DNA from: Octopus vulgaris
Taxonomy: Eukaryota
Direction of reading: 5' to 3'
NCBI GenBank assembly: GCA_951406725.2
Contig: OX597817.1
Coordinates: forward strand, 164,610,001 to 164,674,000
Length of the DNA stretch: 64,000 nucleotides
Below are positions 1 to 11,423 of the stretch, piece after piece (the first letter of the stretch is position 1; every line of letters begins with the position of its first letter). A program made the position numbers and the translations under genes. The notes below the pieces were generated by a model. That model searched no databases, was not told the origin of the DNA, and saw nothing but the letters and a program-made list of their open reading frames with translations.

Positions 1-85
1 AGCCAGAACATAAAGAGCTGGAAGAAATACTGTTAAGCTTTTTGTCTGATGCACTAAACGTAGCAAGAGTTTCTGATGGACGGTT

Positions 86-336
86 TTAACCCTTTCAGTA
101 CCAACCCGGCTGAAACCGGCTCTGGCTCTGAGTACAAACGTCTTGTTTTCATAAGTTTTGAATTAAAATCTTCCACCAAACCTTAGTCACAATTTATGTT
201 CCTAACACTAGCTTAATGATACTCTTTTACTTGTTTCAGTCATTTGACTGTGATTTTACTAAATTCTTTGTTATATTTAAAGTATTTGAAAGAAACACAG
301 AGCATCTCAAAATAAACACAGTAACAAAAGGGTTAA
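86..336. mobile_element. piggyBac-like MITE family P1 (TTAA-flanked)
   Basis: TTAA-CCCTTTC...AAAAGGG-TTAA termini; near-identical copies at 21401, 25020, 38436 and 41280. Confidence 0.8.
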
Positions 337-504
337 ATAAGATTTGAGCACAAGCAATCACTGAAGATTTGGTATCTAAAGAGTTAATCCCAGATCAGTT
401 CTGATTGAGCAGAACTAAGCTGAGATTGGAAGTTCCTGTGGGTCAATCTACTGATGGTCGCAGATCAAATCTGTGGCTGGTACAAAGTCTCAGGTAGGCT
501 GCGC

Positions 505-935
505 TATAAAAGCAAAGAGACAGGCCTGGAAAATGGTGGAAGCAGAAAATTATAGCAGGTAACTAGAAGAGCAGCTAGGCATCAGGTTTACATAGCAAAA
601 AGAATAGCAGAAGGTAAGAGATTTGGAAATGTTCTAAAGTATGAGGTGTTCAGGATTGTAAGGCAGTGTATCAGTGAGAATTGTGTGTGAATGGATAATG
701 GTATGCTTGCACTTAATGACTCGGAGAAGAAAGAGGCATGGAAGTGCCACTATGAAAGGTTAGTAGATGTAAAAAAATGCATGGGAAAAGGGGAGTCTTT
801 CAAATATCAAACCAATTGAGGAGCCAACCATCAGAGTTGATAGTATTATAGATAAGGCAATCAAGGATAAAACAGGGAAAGTCCCTGGTCCATCAGGAAT
901 CACTGCTGAGATGATTAAAATATCTGGCAGTATAG
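505..935 (+). mobile_element. decayed RTE-like LINE ORF fragment
   Basis: Translates (with frameshifts) to KEAWKCHYERL...DKAIKDKTGKVPGPSGITAEMIK, the GKAPGPxGI motif preceding LINE RT domains. Confidence 0.7.
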
Positions 936-1039
936 GATTATATACTGTTATATAATCCTATACTGAAACAAGTAAAAGATAAAATAATGTGTCAATTGAG
1001 GATATATATAGGCAATGAAACTATTTAATGATTACTAAA

Positions 1040-1380
1040 GATTTTGTTACTGTTCTGTCAGCATGGCATGAGTGTGAGAGCCAAGAATTTGAGGTGTTGA
1101 AGTGACTGAGGACGATTACTTCAGAGGTGGGTGAAATGAGGGAGATGTCTGACACAGGAAGAGATATAGTTAAAGAGTTATTGGTGGTTTGAGGTGTTTG
1201 GAGAATCTGAGTAGGGAGACTTGAACCACATTAACTGGACATGGGATGTGATTAGAAGGGAAGATGAAATCTACATATTTGCAGACACTGGTTTTTTAGA
1301 GCTAAGTTTCAGTAATAAATGTAGATGAATGGCAGAGACGGACTATAGATTGGAGTTGAGTAATTTGTACTTCAGAGAGG
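1040..1380 (-). mobile_element. decayed LINE APE endonuclease fragment
   Basis: Minus strand gives SEVIVLSHFNTSNSWLSHSCHADRT, resembling the IILGDFN..W motif of Jockey/CR1-type endonucleases. Confidence 0.5.
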
Positions 1381-1462
1381 AACAAGACATGCATATGGCG
1401 TAGTGGTTAAGAGCGTGACCTATTAATCCCAAGATTCCGAGTTCGATTCCAGGCAGTGACCT

Positions 1463-1947
1463 CTTTATCTTCATCATCATTTAATGTCCACTTTCCATGC
1501 TAGCATGGGTTGGATGATTTGACTGAGGACTGGCGAACCAGATGGCTGCACCAGGCTCCAATCTTGATCTGGCAGAGTTCCTATGGCTGGATGTCCTTCC
1601 TAACGCCAACCACTCCGAGAGTGTGGTGGGTGCTTTAACGTGCCACGAGAGCCAGTCAGGTGGTACTGGCAATGGCCATGCTCAAATGGTGTTTTTTTTT
1701 TTATGTGCCACCTGCACAGGAGGCAGTCCAGTGGCACTGGCAACGATCTCATTCAAATGTTTTTATCACATGCCACCAGCACAATTGCCAGTAAGGCGAT
1801 GCTGGTAATGATCATGCTCGACTGGTGCTTTTTACATGCCACAGGCACGGAATCCAGTTAGCTGCTCTGGCAACGATCACACTCGGATGGTGCTCTAAGT
1901 GCTCCACTAGCCTGGATGCTAGTCATGGAATTTGATTTCAATTTCGA
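1463..1947 (-). mobile_element. SINE family C (internal minisatellite, (GAT)n tail)
   Basis: GGTTGGCGTTAGGAAGG-ACATCCAGCC core, diverged internal repeat units, 6-bp TSD TGACCT. Confidence 0.8.
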
Positions 1948-2020
1948 TGACCTGAATAATGATAATAATAACACCGAGAAACACCTTAGGAATGAGAACC
2001 CAGGTTCGAAATTTCCCCAA

Positions 2021-2063
2021 GACACCTGGTGAAGGCTGGAGGGTATATCAGCCGAAATGTGTC
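2021..2063 (+). ncRNA. degenerate minimal type-I hammerhead ribozyme motif
   Basis: GACAC-CTGGTGA-A-GGCTG..CAGCC-GAAA-T-GTGTC: stems I and II pair perfectly; core A6 mutated and stem III eroded. Confidence 0.55.
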
Positions 2064-2129
2064 AACAACACAAGATGAGGACAAATATTCATCAAATGTA
2101 AATAAAGACGTGTCTTGTTTGCATGTTAG

Positions 2130-2960
2130 TTAGTTGCTGCTGGATCAAAGTCCCCAAATGTTAGTGAAGACAAGAGAGAATTGTCCAATAGGGTTAGTTT
2201 TAGCTTTTGACATCCAAGGAAGTATAGAGTGAGTTGGTGTATTGTGAGGTCACAGTAGCTGTTCTCTCTGACCAGGAGCCTGGTCCAGATGTTTCCATCA
2301 GAGTGAACTCTGTTAACCATTTAGCATTTAAAGCAGCCATGTCTAGCCAAAATACTCTACCTGTTTTATGTTAAAACTGGCCAGATCTGGCCTCTCACAC
2401 CTATCAGAAATGGTTACAAAGTATGCTTCTTAACCACACACCTAGGTCCGTGCCCATGTCAAAAAAAAAACAAAAAACAAAACAGGCATGATGGTTATTG
2501 TGGAATAACTTTAACCATACATCTCAGTATACATTTAACCATGCTCAGTCAGGGTTGACCTGGAGCTAAACAAGTACTAATACCGTAGAATGTTGAATGG
2601 TGTGCTGTGTGAGGAGTTTGAACATAGGACTTCTGGTTCACCATACTATTTATTTAGGTTGTGTATTTACAAGTTAGCAGTTACAACTTGGATGTCACCT
2701 CAGGAGTAAGTGCTCTCTTCACTGGTGAAGCCTAATGAGGCCATTATCATTGTGCACCTGTTTTTATGTGTATATGGGGGTATATGTTTGACACAGGAGA
2801 GGAAGGAAGATTAAAGGGAATTTGGTATGATAATGTTGTTAGGTATTCTAACATGTTTCTATGGCTGTGTTCAGTTGCTTGGAGGAGAATAGATCTGTTG
2901 CTAAAGACAGTGTGGATTATTCTATGACCATCAGTTCTGTTTTCCACACAAGGTTTTCAT
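2130..2960 (-). mobile_element. decayed Penelope-like element coding remnant
   Basis: Minus strand 2226-2191 reads YTSLDVKS*N*P, like the PLE RT motif SLDVxSLFTNVP; heavily degraded and interrupted. Confidence 0.35.
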
Positions 2961-3281
2961 GATGCAGGAATGGCTGTGTGGTAAGTAGCTGGCCTACCAA
3001 CCACATAGTTCCGGGTTCAGTCCCACTGCGGGGCACCTTGGGCGAGTGTCTTCTACTATAGCCTCAGGCCGACCAAAGCCTTGTGAGTGGATTTGGTAGA
3101 CGGAAACTGAAAGAAGCTTGTTTATGTGTGTCTGTGTTTGTCCCCGTAACTTAGCGTTTCGGCAAAAGAGACCAATAGAATAAGTACTAGGCTTACAAAG
3201 AATAAGTCTTGGGGTCGATTACTCGACTAAAGGTGGTGCTCCAGCATGGCCACAGTCAAATGACTGAAACAAGTAAAAGAG
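2961..3281 (+). mobile_element. SINE family A (tRNA-derived)
   Basis: TGGCTGTGTGGTAAG and GGTTCAGTCCC boxes, ACCTTGGGC core, tail GACTGAAACAAGTAAAAGAG; more than 12 copies in the window. Confidence 0.9.
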
Positions 3282-3374
3282 TATATATATATATATATAT
3301 ATATATGTAGGTCCCGGGTTGAGTCGGGGTTAACCACAGTAAATAAGGTACTCAATACATAGCAGAGTAAAGTA

Positions 3375-3472
3375 ATTTATTTTATAGAAGGAGCTTCTAC
3401 AGGACTAGAACTGTTTCATTCATCTGAATGAAACAGTTCTAGTCCTGTAGAAGCTCCTTCTATAAAATAAAT
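3375..3472. repeat. perfect 48-bp inverted repeat with 2-nt loop
   Basis: 3375-3422 is the exact reverse complement of 3425-3472; flanked by (TA)n. Confidence 0.95.
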
Positions 3473-3487
3473 ATATATATGCACATA

Positions 3488-3695
3488 CGAGGGGGTGTTG
3501 AAAAGTTCCTAGATTTGGGTAAAAGAAAATACTAGAGAATCAGTTAATTATGATTTCATACAACATATTCCCCTCTCTGATTCACACACTTATTGCAATG
3601 GTCCTTTAGTTTTTCTAAGCCCTGTAAAAGGACTGGGTCTTCAACCAGGACTTTTGCAATACTCTTAAAGCGAGGAACTTTTCTGCACTCTCTTG
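3488..3695. mobile_element. mariner-type MITE
   Basis: TA-CGAGGGGGTGTTGAAAAGTTCCT ... AGGAACTTTTCTGCACTCTCTTG imperfect TIRs; partial copies at about 6345 and 6686. Confidence 0.65.
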
Positions 3696-3744
3696 TTTTG
3701 TGTGTGTGTGTGTGTGTTTGTATGTATGTATGTATGTATATATA

Positions 3745-3998
3745 TATCTGTAAAATAATATGTGACGATTATTCAGTAGCCAAGAGTTTCGGATGCCGAG
3801 GTGGAAATCCACACCACCAACTCTTCGGTTATCTGGCCAGATAACCGAAGAGATGGTGTGGATTTCCACCTCGGCATCCGAAACTCAGTTTTAACTTGGC
3901 TACTGAATAATTGTCACATATTATTTTACAGATAAATTCCTCTATTTACATAATATTGAGGTCTCTTTTTTTTGTTATCTTACCGTTTTTACCAATAT
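3745..3998 (+). mobile_element. Penelope-like foldback with hammerhead motif
   Basis: About 95-bp arms around CTGGCCAG (3833-3840); ATAA-CCGAAGA-..-GAAACTCAGT; the 3' part recurs at 29380-29505. Confidence 0.6.
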
Positions 3999-4138
3999 AT
4001 ATATATATATTACATGAAACTGAGGTATATACATGCACATGGTTTTATATATGTATGTATATGTGTGTGTGTGTTTATGTAAAGCTAGCCAGCTGAAGTT
4101 ACTGTAACTCTTGTAAAGTTTCATAAACGTATATTTTT

Positions 4139-4452
4139 ACGGTGGCACATAAAAGCACCATCCGTTCGTGTCCGTTGCCAGCATCGCCTGGCCCCGTGCC
4201 GGTGACACGTAAAAGCACCATCCGTTCGTGGCCGTTCGCCAGCTCTGTCTGGCACCTGTGCAGGTGGCACGTAAAAAAACACCCACTACACTCGCGGAGT
4301 GGTTGGCGTTAGGAAGGGCATCCAGCCGTAGAAACACTGCCAGATCTGACTGGGCCTCACAAAGCCTTCCAGCTTCACAGACCCCAGTTGACCCGTCCAA
4401 CCCATGCTAGCATGGAAAACGGACGCTAAACGATGATGATGATGATGATGAT
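4139..4452 (+). mobile_element. SINE family C
   Basis: 2-3 internal units, core and (GAT)n tail. Confidence 0.85.
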
Positions 4453-5238
4453 ATTCTACTAAAAAATGAAGTGTTGAGTAATTCTTCAGTTTAATGTTGT
4501 GTCTTTTATATAACTTGACATAGAACGAACATTAGTACACACTGCTGGTATGCCTCACATATACACGTGTGTTTGGGTGCATGTGTGTGTTCCACTGCAG
4601 GGCAGAGAGAGAGAGAGAGAGAGAGCTCTGAATATTTTGTAGGTTTTAGTTTGACATGTGTAAGAGAAATATCTATCAGTGGCTGGTGTGCAATATATAG
4701 AGCAGTCAGTAGGGTGCCTTGTGGTAGGTAGGGAGGATAAAAACAGCTTTCACCTGAACTATTACAACAGCTGCTCGGGTTAGGAAAATAGAAATCATTA
4801 AGAAAACCTGATAGCAGATCTTTGCCCTCCCACCCTCTTCATTGTGAAATAAATTGTTGAAAGGAGGCAATCCACCATACTGCTTTCTTTAGTCAATTGA
4901 TTCAATTGTCTACCTTCCTTGCCGCTCATACAAAACTCCACCCTCAGACACCTTACTCCAATTTCTGCTCACTTCTTTCTAGGCATCATAATACAACTTT
5001 TAATCCATGCACTGTCACTTCTGTCTGTCAGTCAGTCTATCTACCTGTGTCTATTTACCTCTTATCACATCAGATGTGAGAGCATCTCTCCTTATACCCA
5101 CCTCATCTACCTCTTGCTATGATTATCTCATACTACACCTCTCCCAATAGACTTACATATCACCAGTTAGCAATACCCAGTTCTATTTTTAATTCATGTT
5201 TAAATATTCATAACATCTCCAACATAGGATATTCACCT

Positions 5239-5651
5239 TACTCTTTTCTCTTTTTACTCTTTTACTTGTTTCAGTCATTTGACTGTGGCCATGCTGGAGC
5301 ACCACCTTTAATCGAGCAACTCGACCCCGGGACTTATTCTTTTGTAAGCCCAGTACTTATTCTATCGGTCTCTTTTGCCGAACCGCTAAGTAACGGGGAC
5401 ATAAACACACCAGCATTGGTCGTCAAGCAATGCTAAGGGGACAAACACACACACGCATATATATATATATATACATATATACGACGGGCTTCTTTCAGTT
5501 TCTGTCCACCAAATCCACTCACAAGGCTTTGGATGGCCCGAGCCTACAGTAGAAGACACATGCCCAAGGTGCCACGCAGTGGGACTGAACCCGGAACCAT
5601 GTGGTTGGTAAACAAGCTACTTACCACACAGCCCACAGCCACTCCTGCGCC
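5239..5651 (-). mobile_element. SINE family A, full length
   Basis: Reverse complement of the family consensus with internal (TA/CA) microsatellite. Confidence 0.9.
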
Positions 5652-5880
5652 TTAACTTTTTTTTTTTAATATTGTTTCTTGTGTCACTAAAGATCATATA
5701 CAAACAATAGAATAATATACAATTTATCTGATCCTTACAGATCCTTTACTTTCACTGTCATATGTGTATTACCCCACAGAGACCTACACAATTCAGCCTC
5801 TCACCATACAGTCTCTCCAGTCACTACAAATTTTCTACTTCACAACTATACAACATCACACCATACAATTTTTTCGGTTG

Positions 5881-6225
5881 CTCTTTTACTTATTCCAGTC
5901 ATTTGACTGTGGCCATGCTGGAGCACCGCCTTTAGACAAGCAAATCGATCCCAGGACTTATTCTATTGGTCTCTTTAGCTGAACCGCTAAGTTACGGGGA
6001 TGTAAACACACCAGCATCGGTTGTCAAGTGGTGTTGGGGGGACAAACACACGTATATATATACGATGAGCTTCTTTCAGTTTCCATCTACCAAATCCACT
6101 CACAAGGCTTTGGTCAGCCCGAGGCTATAGTAGAAAACACTTGCCCAAGGTGCCACGCAGTGGGAATGAACCCAGAACCATGTGGTTGGTAAGCAAGCTA
6201 CTTACCACACAGCCACTCCTGTGCC
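5881..6225 (-). mobile_element. SINE family A
   Basis: Matches the other copies. Confidence 0.9.
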
Positions 6226-6525
6226 TTGCTAAAAGTTCTCTACCTTCTTTGCCATACAGTATCACTGTACCGGAACTTACAGTTTCTCCAGTCACTACAG
6301 CTCCTCTACCTTCACAATCATACAACACTACACCATGGACAAAATACGAGTTGCTGAAAAGTTCCTGGCTTTAAGGGTATCATGAAAGGCCTGGTTGGAG
6401 GCCCAACCTCCTGAGTTCTTTTACAGGGCTTAGAAAAGCTGAAGGACCATTGCAGTAAGGTCCATGCTAGACTGCTGAAATCTACAAGTTTTTTTCATTC
6501 TCTCTCTGTTTATATTCTCTTATTC

Positions 6526-6561
6526 CTTTCTGTTGAAGAGTGTAGGCTTGAAATGCAAAAG
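6526..6561 (+). ncRNA. degenerate hammerhead motif in Penelope-like tail
   Basis: CTTT-CTGTTGA-A-GAGT-GTAG-GCTT-GAAA-TGC-A-AAAG; same family as 44223-44258. Confidence 0.45.
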
Positions 6562-6649
6562 ACTTTTCCATTTTCCCAAGTGTCAAACTAATATACTTAC
6601 TTGTTGTTCATACACTTGTCCTCATCTTTCGTTTTTCTATAAATTTCAG

Positions 6650-6682
<33 letters not shown>

Positions 6683-6918
6683 CATATAAGGGGTTGCTGA
6701 AAAGTTCCTGGATTTAAGGGTATTGCAAAATGCCTGGTTGGAGGCTCAACCTTCCAAGTTCTTTTACAGAGCTTAGAAAAACTGAGGGACCACTGCAGAT
6801 ATATCACTGTTCACTATATGCTTTGCATCATTTTAACCTTCGAATGATGCCACCCTGCAAGGCCATATATATATATATATAGCAAGTAAGTAACAAGGAT
6901 GTCCAGGTATCAGCGCAC

Positions 6919-6995
6919 TACGGCTGTTTAAAGCGGCTCCATTTAATCAATTAATGAAAACATTACATCAATTTGAAATAAACCGCTCTCCTCAA
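6919..6995 (-). ncRNA. degenerate hammerhead motif with extended stem II
   Basis: Minus strand: TTGAGGA-GAGCGG..CCGCTT-TAAA-CAGCCGTA; lies between (TA)n tracts. Confidence 0.35.
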
Positions 6996-7144
6996 AAGCA
7001 GCCAACCATATAGATTTACAACATAAAGAATAAACCATTTTTTAGCACAACTTTGCTTTTTATTCATCTAACTTCGAGCTGCGCAAATTTTACCAAACTG
7101 CTTGTGCCTCAATTTAAGTACCTAATTCTACAGAATCTCAATTA

Positions 7145-7195
<51 letters not shown>

Positions 7196-7196
<1 letters not shown>

Positions 7197-7353
7197 AGAG
7201 AAAGGATGCTATTTAGTTATTCCATCAATAGTGAAAAAATATTATCTATAATAACCATGTAGAAATTAATTAAATTCCTTATAATTATTATTCTAAAAAT
7301 CTAATAACAAATCAAACAAATTGATGGAATAACTAAATAGCGGTGTTTCTCTA
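7196..7353. repeat. foldback element inside (TA)n
   Basis: GCTATTTAGTTATTCCATCAAT 7208-7229 inverted at 7320-7341, plus outer TAGAGAAA/TTTCTCTA. Confidence 0.8.
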
Positions 7354-7583
7354 GACTCTCTCTCTCTATATATATATATATATAATATATTGTGAATTTT
7401 GATATAGTGTGCTAAATTGAAATTTTTTTCCCCTGTTAGCTTGGAATTATTTCATTCCCTACTATTAATAATATTAATATATATAATTAATTAAAAAAAT
7501 GAAGATAAAACAAGAAAAAAAAAAACGTGAGGACGTGGTACATGCAAAATATTAAAAAGTGCTCAGGGAAGGAAAGAAAGGGT

Positions 7584-7618
7584 GTTTTATGTTTTCAGCA
7601 AAGCTCTTCTTCAGAAAC
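7584..7618 (-). ncRNA. hammerhead motif in Penelope-like tail
   Basis: Minus strand: GTTT-CTGAAGA-A-GAGC-TTT-GCTG-AAAA-CAT-A-AAAC; canonical CUGANGA but GAAA mutated. Confidence 0.5.
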
Positions 7619-7968
7619 AGGAGACAGAGGAAAGTCCAAGAGAAAAGGAAGACGGAGGGAAAATATCACCAACGATCCACATGTAGTTACATTTTGAAAT
7701 CTATCTATCTATCTATATATATATATATATCTTTTACTTGTTTCAGTCATTAGACTGTGGCCATGCTGGGGCACCACCTTGAACAGATTTTAGTCAAATG
7801 TATTGACTCCTGTACTTATTTTTGTGAACCTGGAACTTTATTATTTTTTTTGCTAAACCATTGAGTTACAGGGATGTAAACACATCAGTGGTTGTCAAGC
7901 GGCGTGGAGGGACAAACAAAGACACACACATACACATACATACATACATACATATATATATATATATA

Positions 7969-8470
7969 TTGGGTTGTCCAGAAAGTTCATGCCAATTTAT
8001 AGTAGCTTACTTTTCGACTTATTTTAGAACATGGTTGAGTCCATAAAATAGGATTTGACTACACCTCCATTTAGAGCACAGTTTAAGCTATCTTTTCATG
8101 GAAGAAGGTTTATGTTCCTATAACCTGTGTTAATTCTGTAACCCTTTAAAATGGAAGATAAGAAAGTTCATTTTTGGCACTTGATACTTTGGGAACGAGA
8201 TAAAAATTGCTGCAGTTCAGCTGGGATGTGTTACCCCACTCTCCATATTCACCAGATATTGTTCCTTTGGATTTCCACTTATTCAGGTCTCTGCTGAATA
8301 GTCTTAATGATAAAATTTTCAATGCCTTGGATGACGTAAAAAGATACCTTGATGAATTCTTTGCCATGAAACCACCTCAATTCTGGGAAGAGGGTATTTT
8401 CAAGTTAATGGAAAGATGGAGATGCATTGTGCAACAAAATGGTTCATATTTGGTTGATTAAAAATGTAAC
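7969..8470 (+). mobile_element. internally deleted mariner (3' TIR missing)
   Basis: TIR TTGGGTTGTCCAGAAAGTT; N-terminus MEDKKVHF joined to C-terminus WDVLPHSPYSPDIVPLDFHLFRSL (YSPDLAPxD motif). Confidence 0.9.
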
Positions 8471-8569
8471 ATCTCTGCCAGCTCATTGCCTTACCCAAAG
8501 ATAAAATATTAACCACTTAAAAGTGAAAGTTGCATTAGAACATGCAAGTACTGCAGTATCTGTCAAGAG

Positions 8570-8770
8570 AGAAAACCAGTCCATCACAGGTGAGCTGCAA
8601 GATGCAGGAGGAAAGAGTGAGAGAAAGTTGTGGCAAAAGTGTCAGCAGAAGTTCACCATTACCTTTTGCTGGAGCTTAGGTGTTTCGCTCATAAAAAACA
8701 TACATTGCCTGGTCTGAGATTCGAACCCGCGAGTCCGCTGTTCTCTAACCACTAGGCCATGTGCCTCCAA
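8570..8770 (-). mobile_element. SINE family E2 (tRNA-Arg-like head)
   Basis: GGAGGCACATGGCCTAGTGGTT head, matches 39588 and 60228. Confidence 0.75.
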
Positions 8771-9194
8771 TATTAATTAATCTGGGGTTATACAAAAGAC
8801 ACTTGCCCAAGGTGCTGCACAGTTGGACTGAACCCTAGATTGCATGGTTGCAAAGCAAGCGTCTTAACCATAGAGCCATGCTTTTGACTATATAGACTGA
8901 TCTATTCTTTATTTGAACTGAATACTTATTGTCAAAATTGATGGTCATCCATTTCTTATTTTACTGAAGGTGGTTTGCAAGATAATACCAACTTTGATCA
9001 TAATGCAGACAATGCTTTAGTTGTGTTTTACTGTGTTGATGATGTATCTACATGCTGTAGTCAGAGGCATAGCCAGATTCTTAAGTCAGGGGGAACAGAC
9101 ATAAAAAAAAAGTGCTGTGACATATACCAAACAATTTTAGTTATAATATGCATAATTGTATTCTATATTCATTAATTTCATATAAAAAAATAAT

Positions 9195-9570
9195 GATAAT
9201 AATGAAATTATTGTATACAGTGCTCAGGTGCACCACAACTTGTCAAAAAGTGCGTATAAAGCATATGCAGTAATGTACAAATGTCTGGGAAGTGAACAGT
9301 GTACGAGTCAGATACATGCTTGCGTGTGTATGGAGGGGAGAAAATCAGGTGTAGTGTTGGCGAATCTCAGGAAGCATGGAAGTTTTGAAGGATGCAGTGC
9401 TCTGACAACTAACAACTGATGCCGGCAGTCTGTTCCATGCTTCAGCAACTCTTAGTGTGAAAAAATGTTTCCGAAAGTCATGGGAGCTGTGCTGTTTTCT
9501 GACTTTGTAAACATGTCCATGGGTGTTAGACAGGTGGAGTTTGAAAAGGTGCTCAGAGTTGTTGTTTGTA
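9195..9570 (-). mobile_element. CR1-like LINE 3' fragment
   Basis: Near-identical to 17680-18045. Confidence 0.9.
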
Positions 9571-10476
9571 AGTTATTTCAGTAACAATATCATTATGTAT
9601 GAAACTTACAACTACTGATATAGGTATGATGTGAAAAAGATGAAACTCCATGGGATTGTCCAGTGTTGAGAGATTATGATGTCAGGGTTTGTTTTGGTTC
9701 TCCAGATCTCAGCAGCCACCAACACATAACAGGAGATTGAACGGACTGTCCAAAAACACAGGAGGTTGGTCAAATAAAGTAACGTTTCCAGAAAGTTTTT
9801 CCAAGGACATACAGAGTTGAAGAAAATTGTTGAACAAGTGCTAATTTTGAAAAATGTACTGGGGGAAAGTGGTTGCTTTCCCATTAGCTATATCACTGGT
9901 TGTAGTTGTTCTTGTTCAATGCTAAGTCAATCCGAATCAAATAGACCTGTGATTACAGGCATGCCAGCCATGACCTTCCTGTCTTATATTTTTACGTGAT
10001 GCACCCTCAACTACATTATCTAATGTGTCCAGAGAACATAATTTTTAAAATGCTAGGGTGCAATTTGATGGAGATTTGGCTATGCTTTCTAACAAACTGT
10101 ACAGCCTTTTTTTAATTGGATATATAAAGTAATGTGTAGGTCGATGTAGTATTGCAGTGGAGTTCTTGTGTGTTATTGCAGTGTTCTGGCATGTTGTAGT
10201 GTCCTTAGCATGTTGTAGTAATATTGTAGTTTGTAGCGGTTGTGTTGTAGCTGGTCGTAATAATTTTCTGGTGATGTTTTAGTACCATATTTGATGCTAT
10301 TCAAAATGCACTTTTTCCCAACAAAATTTATCTCAAAAAAAAAAAAAAAATCACCCTGATCCTTTATATGTAGTTGGGTCTGTATTACATGCTTCAGTGC
10401 TCTGAAGACTTTAAGTCCCAAATATGTGCTACTAAAGTTGGGCTGCTGTCTACTATTCTTGTGTGTCTTTTATACC

Positions 10477-10702
10477 TATTTCTTTACTACCCACAAGGGG
10501 CTACACACAGAGCGGACAAACAGACAAACGGATTAAGTCGATTATATCGACCCCAGCGTGTAACTGATACTTATTTAATCGACCCCGAAAGGATGAAAGG
10601 CAAAGTCGACCTCGGCGGAATTTGAACTCAGAACGTGATGGCAGACGAAATGCCGCAAAGCATTTCGCCCGGCGTGCTAACGTTTCTGCCAGCATGCTGC
10701 CT
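10477..10702 (-). mobile_element. SINE family B (Nin/Deu-like core)
   Basis: GGTCGACTTTGCCTTTCATCCTTTCGGGGTCGAT core on the minus strand. Confidence 0.85.
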
Positions 10703-10886
10703 TTTATACCACCAAATACAGTATATTACTGGAGTATTGTGTAGCAGTTGTGTTCTGTGTTGTAGTGGCATTCATTCTAGTATGCTGTAGTGGTGTTTTA
10801 GTGTTATACTAAGCTACAACATACCACTTACAGTATACATTAGGGTATACTTTATTAATATATTATTATACTGTTATGTTTTCCAG

Positions 10887-10919
10887 AAAGATCTCATGAA
10901 GAAACAGCGCAGCAAAACG
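10887..10919 (+). CDS. 33-bp microexon KDLMKKQRSKT of the + strand gene
   Basis: Acceptor TGTTATGTTTTCCAG, donor G|GTGAGT, phase 0, in frame with the terminal exon at 22531. Confidence 0.65.
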
Positions 10920-11061
10920 GTGAGTTGTAGCAGTGTGGTAGTCGATGTTGTAGTAGGTGTAGTAGTATGATCAATGTTTTCATAGTGTAGGCAGTGTTGT
11001 TGTAGGTGTGAGAGTATGCTCAATGTTATAGTGTAGTCAGTGTGGTAGTAGAAATTATAAT

Positions 11062-11423
11062 AGGCGCAGGAGTGGCTGTGTGGTTAGTAGCTTGCTTACC
11101 AACAACATTGTTCCGGGTTCAGTCCCACTGCGTGGCACCTTGGGCAAGTGTCTTCTACTATAGCCTCAGGCTGAAAGAAGCCCGTCATCTATATATATAT
11201 ATATATATATGTGTGTGTATATCTATGTGTCTGTGTTTGTCCCCTCAACATCTCTTGACAGCCGATGCTGGTGTGTTAACGTCCCTGTAACTTAGCAGTT
11301 CGGCAAAAGAGACCAATAGAATAAGTACTAAGCTTACAAAGAATTAGTCCTGGGGTCGATTTGCTCGACTAAAGGTGGTGCTCCAGCATGGCCACCGTCA
11401 AATGACTGAAACAAGTAAAAGAG
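11062..11423 (+). mobile_element. SINE family A
   Basis: Head GGCGCAGGAGTGGCTGTGTGG to tail GTAAAAGAG, with an internal deletion. Confidence 0.9.

Larger units (their letters stand above)
1390..2105 (+). mobile_element. tRNA-headed SINE with Penelope-like hammerhead tail, split by a family C insertion
   Basis: A box TGGCGTAGTGG 1396-1406; B box GTTCGATTCC 1441-1450; TGACCT duplicated at 1457 and 1948 around the insert; tail contains a hammerhead-like fold. Confidence 0.6.

Noticed and set aside
1390-1462. tRNA gene
   Set aside because: A and B boxes present but no acceptor stem or T-run terminator; it is a SINE head, as at 19300, 39590, 58580 and 60230.
2658-2705. Possible 48-bp + strand exon (TTTAG...GTAAGT)
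   Set aside because: Weak pyrimidine tract, lies in an apparent decayed retroelement, and has no recognisable peptide.
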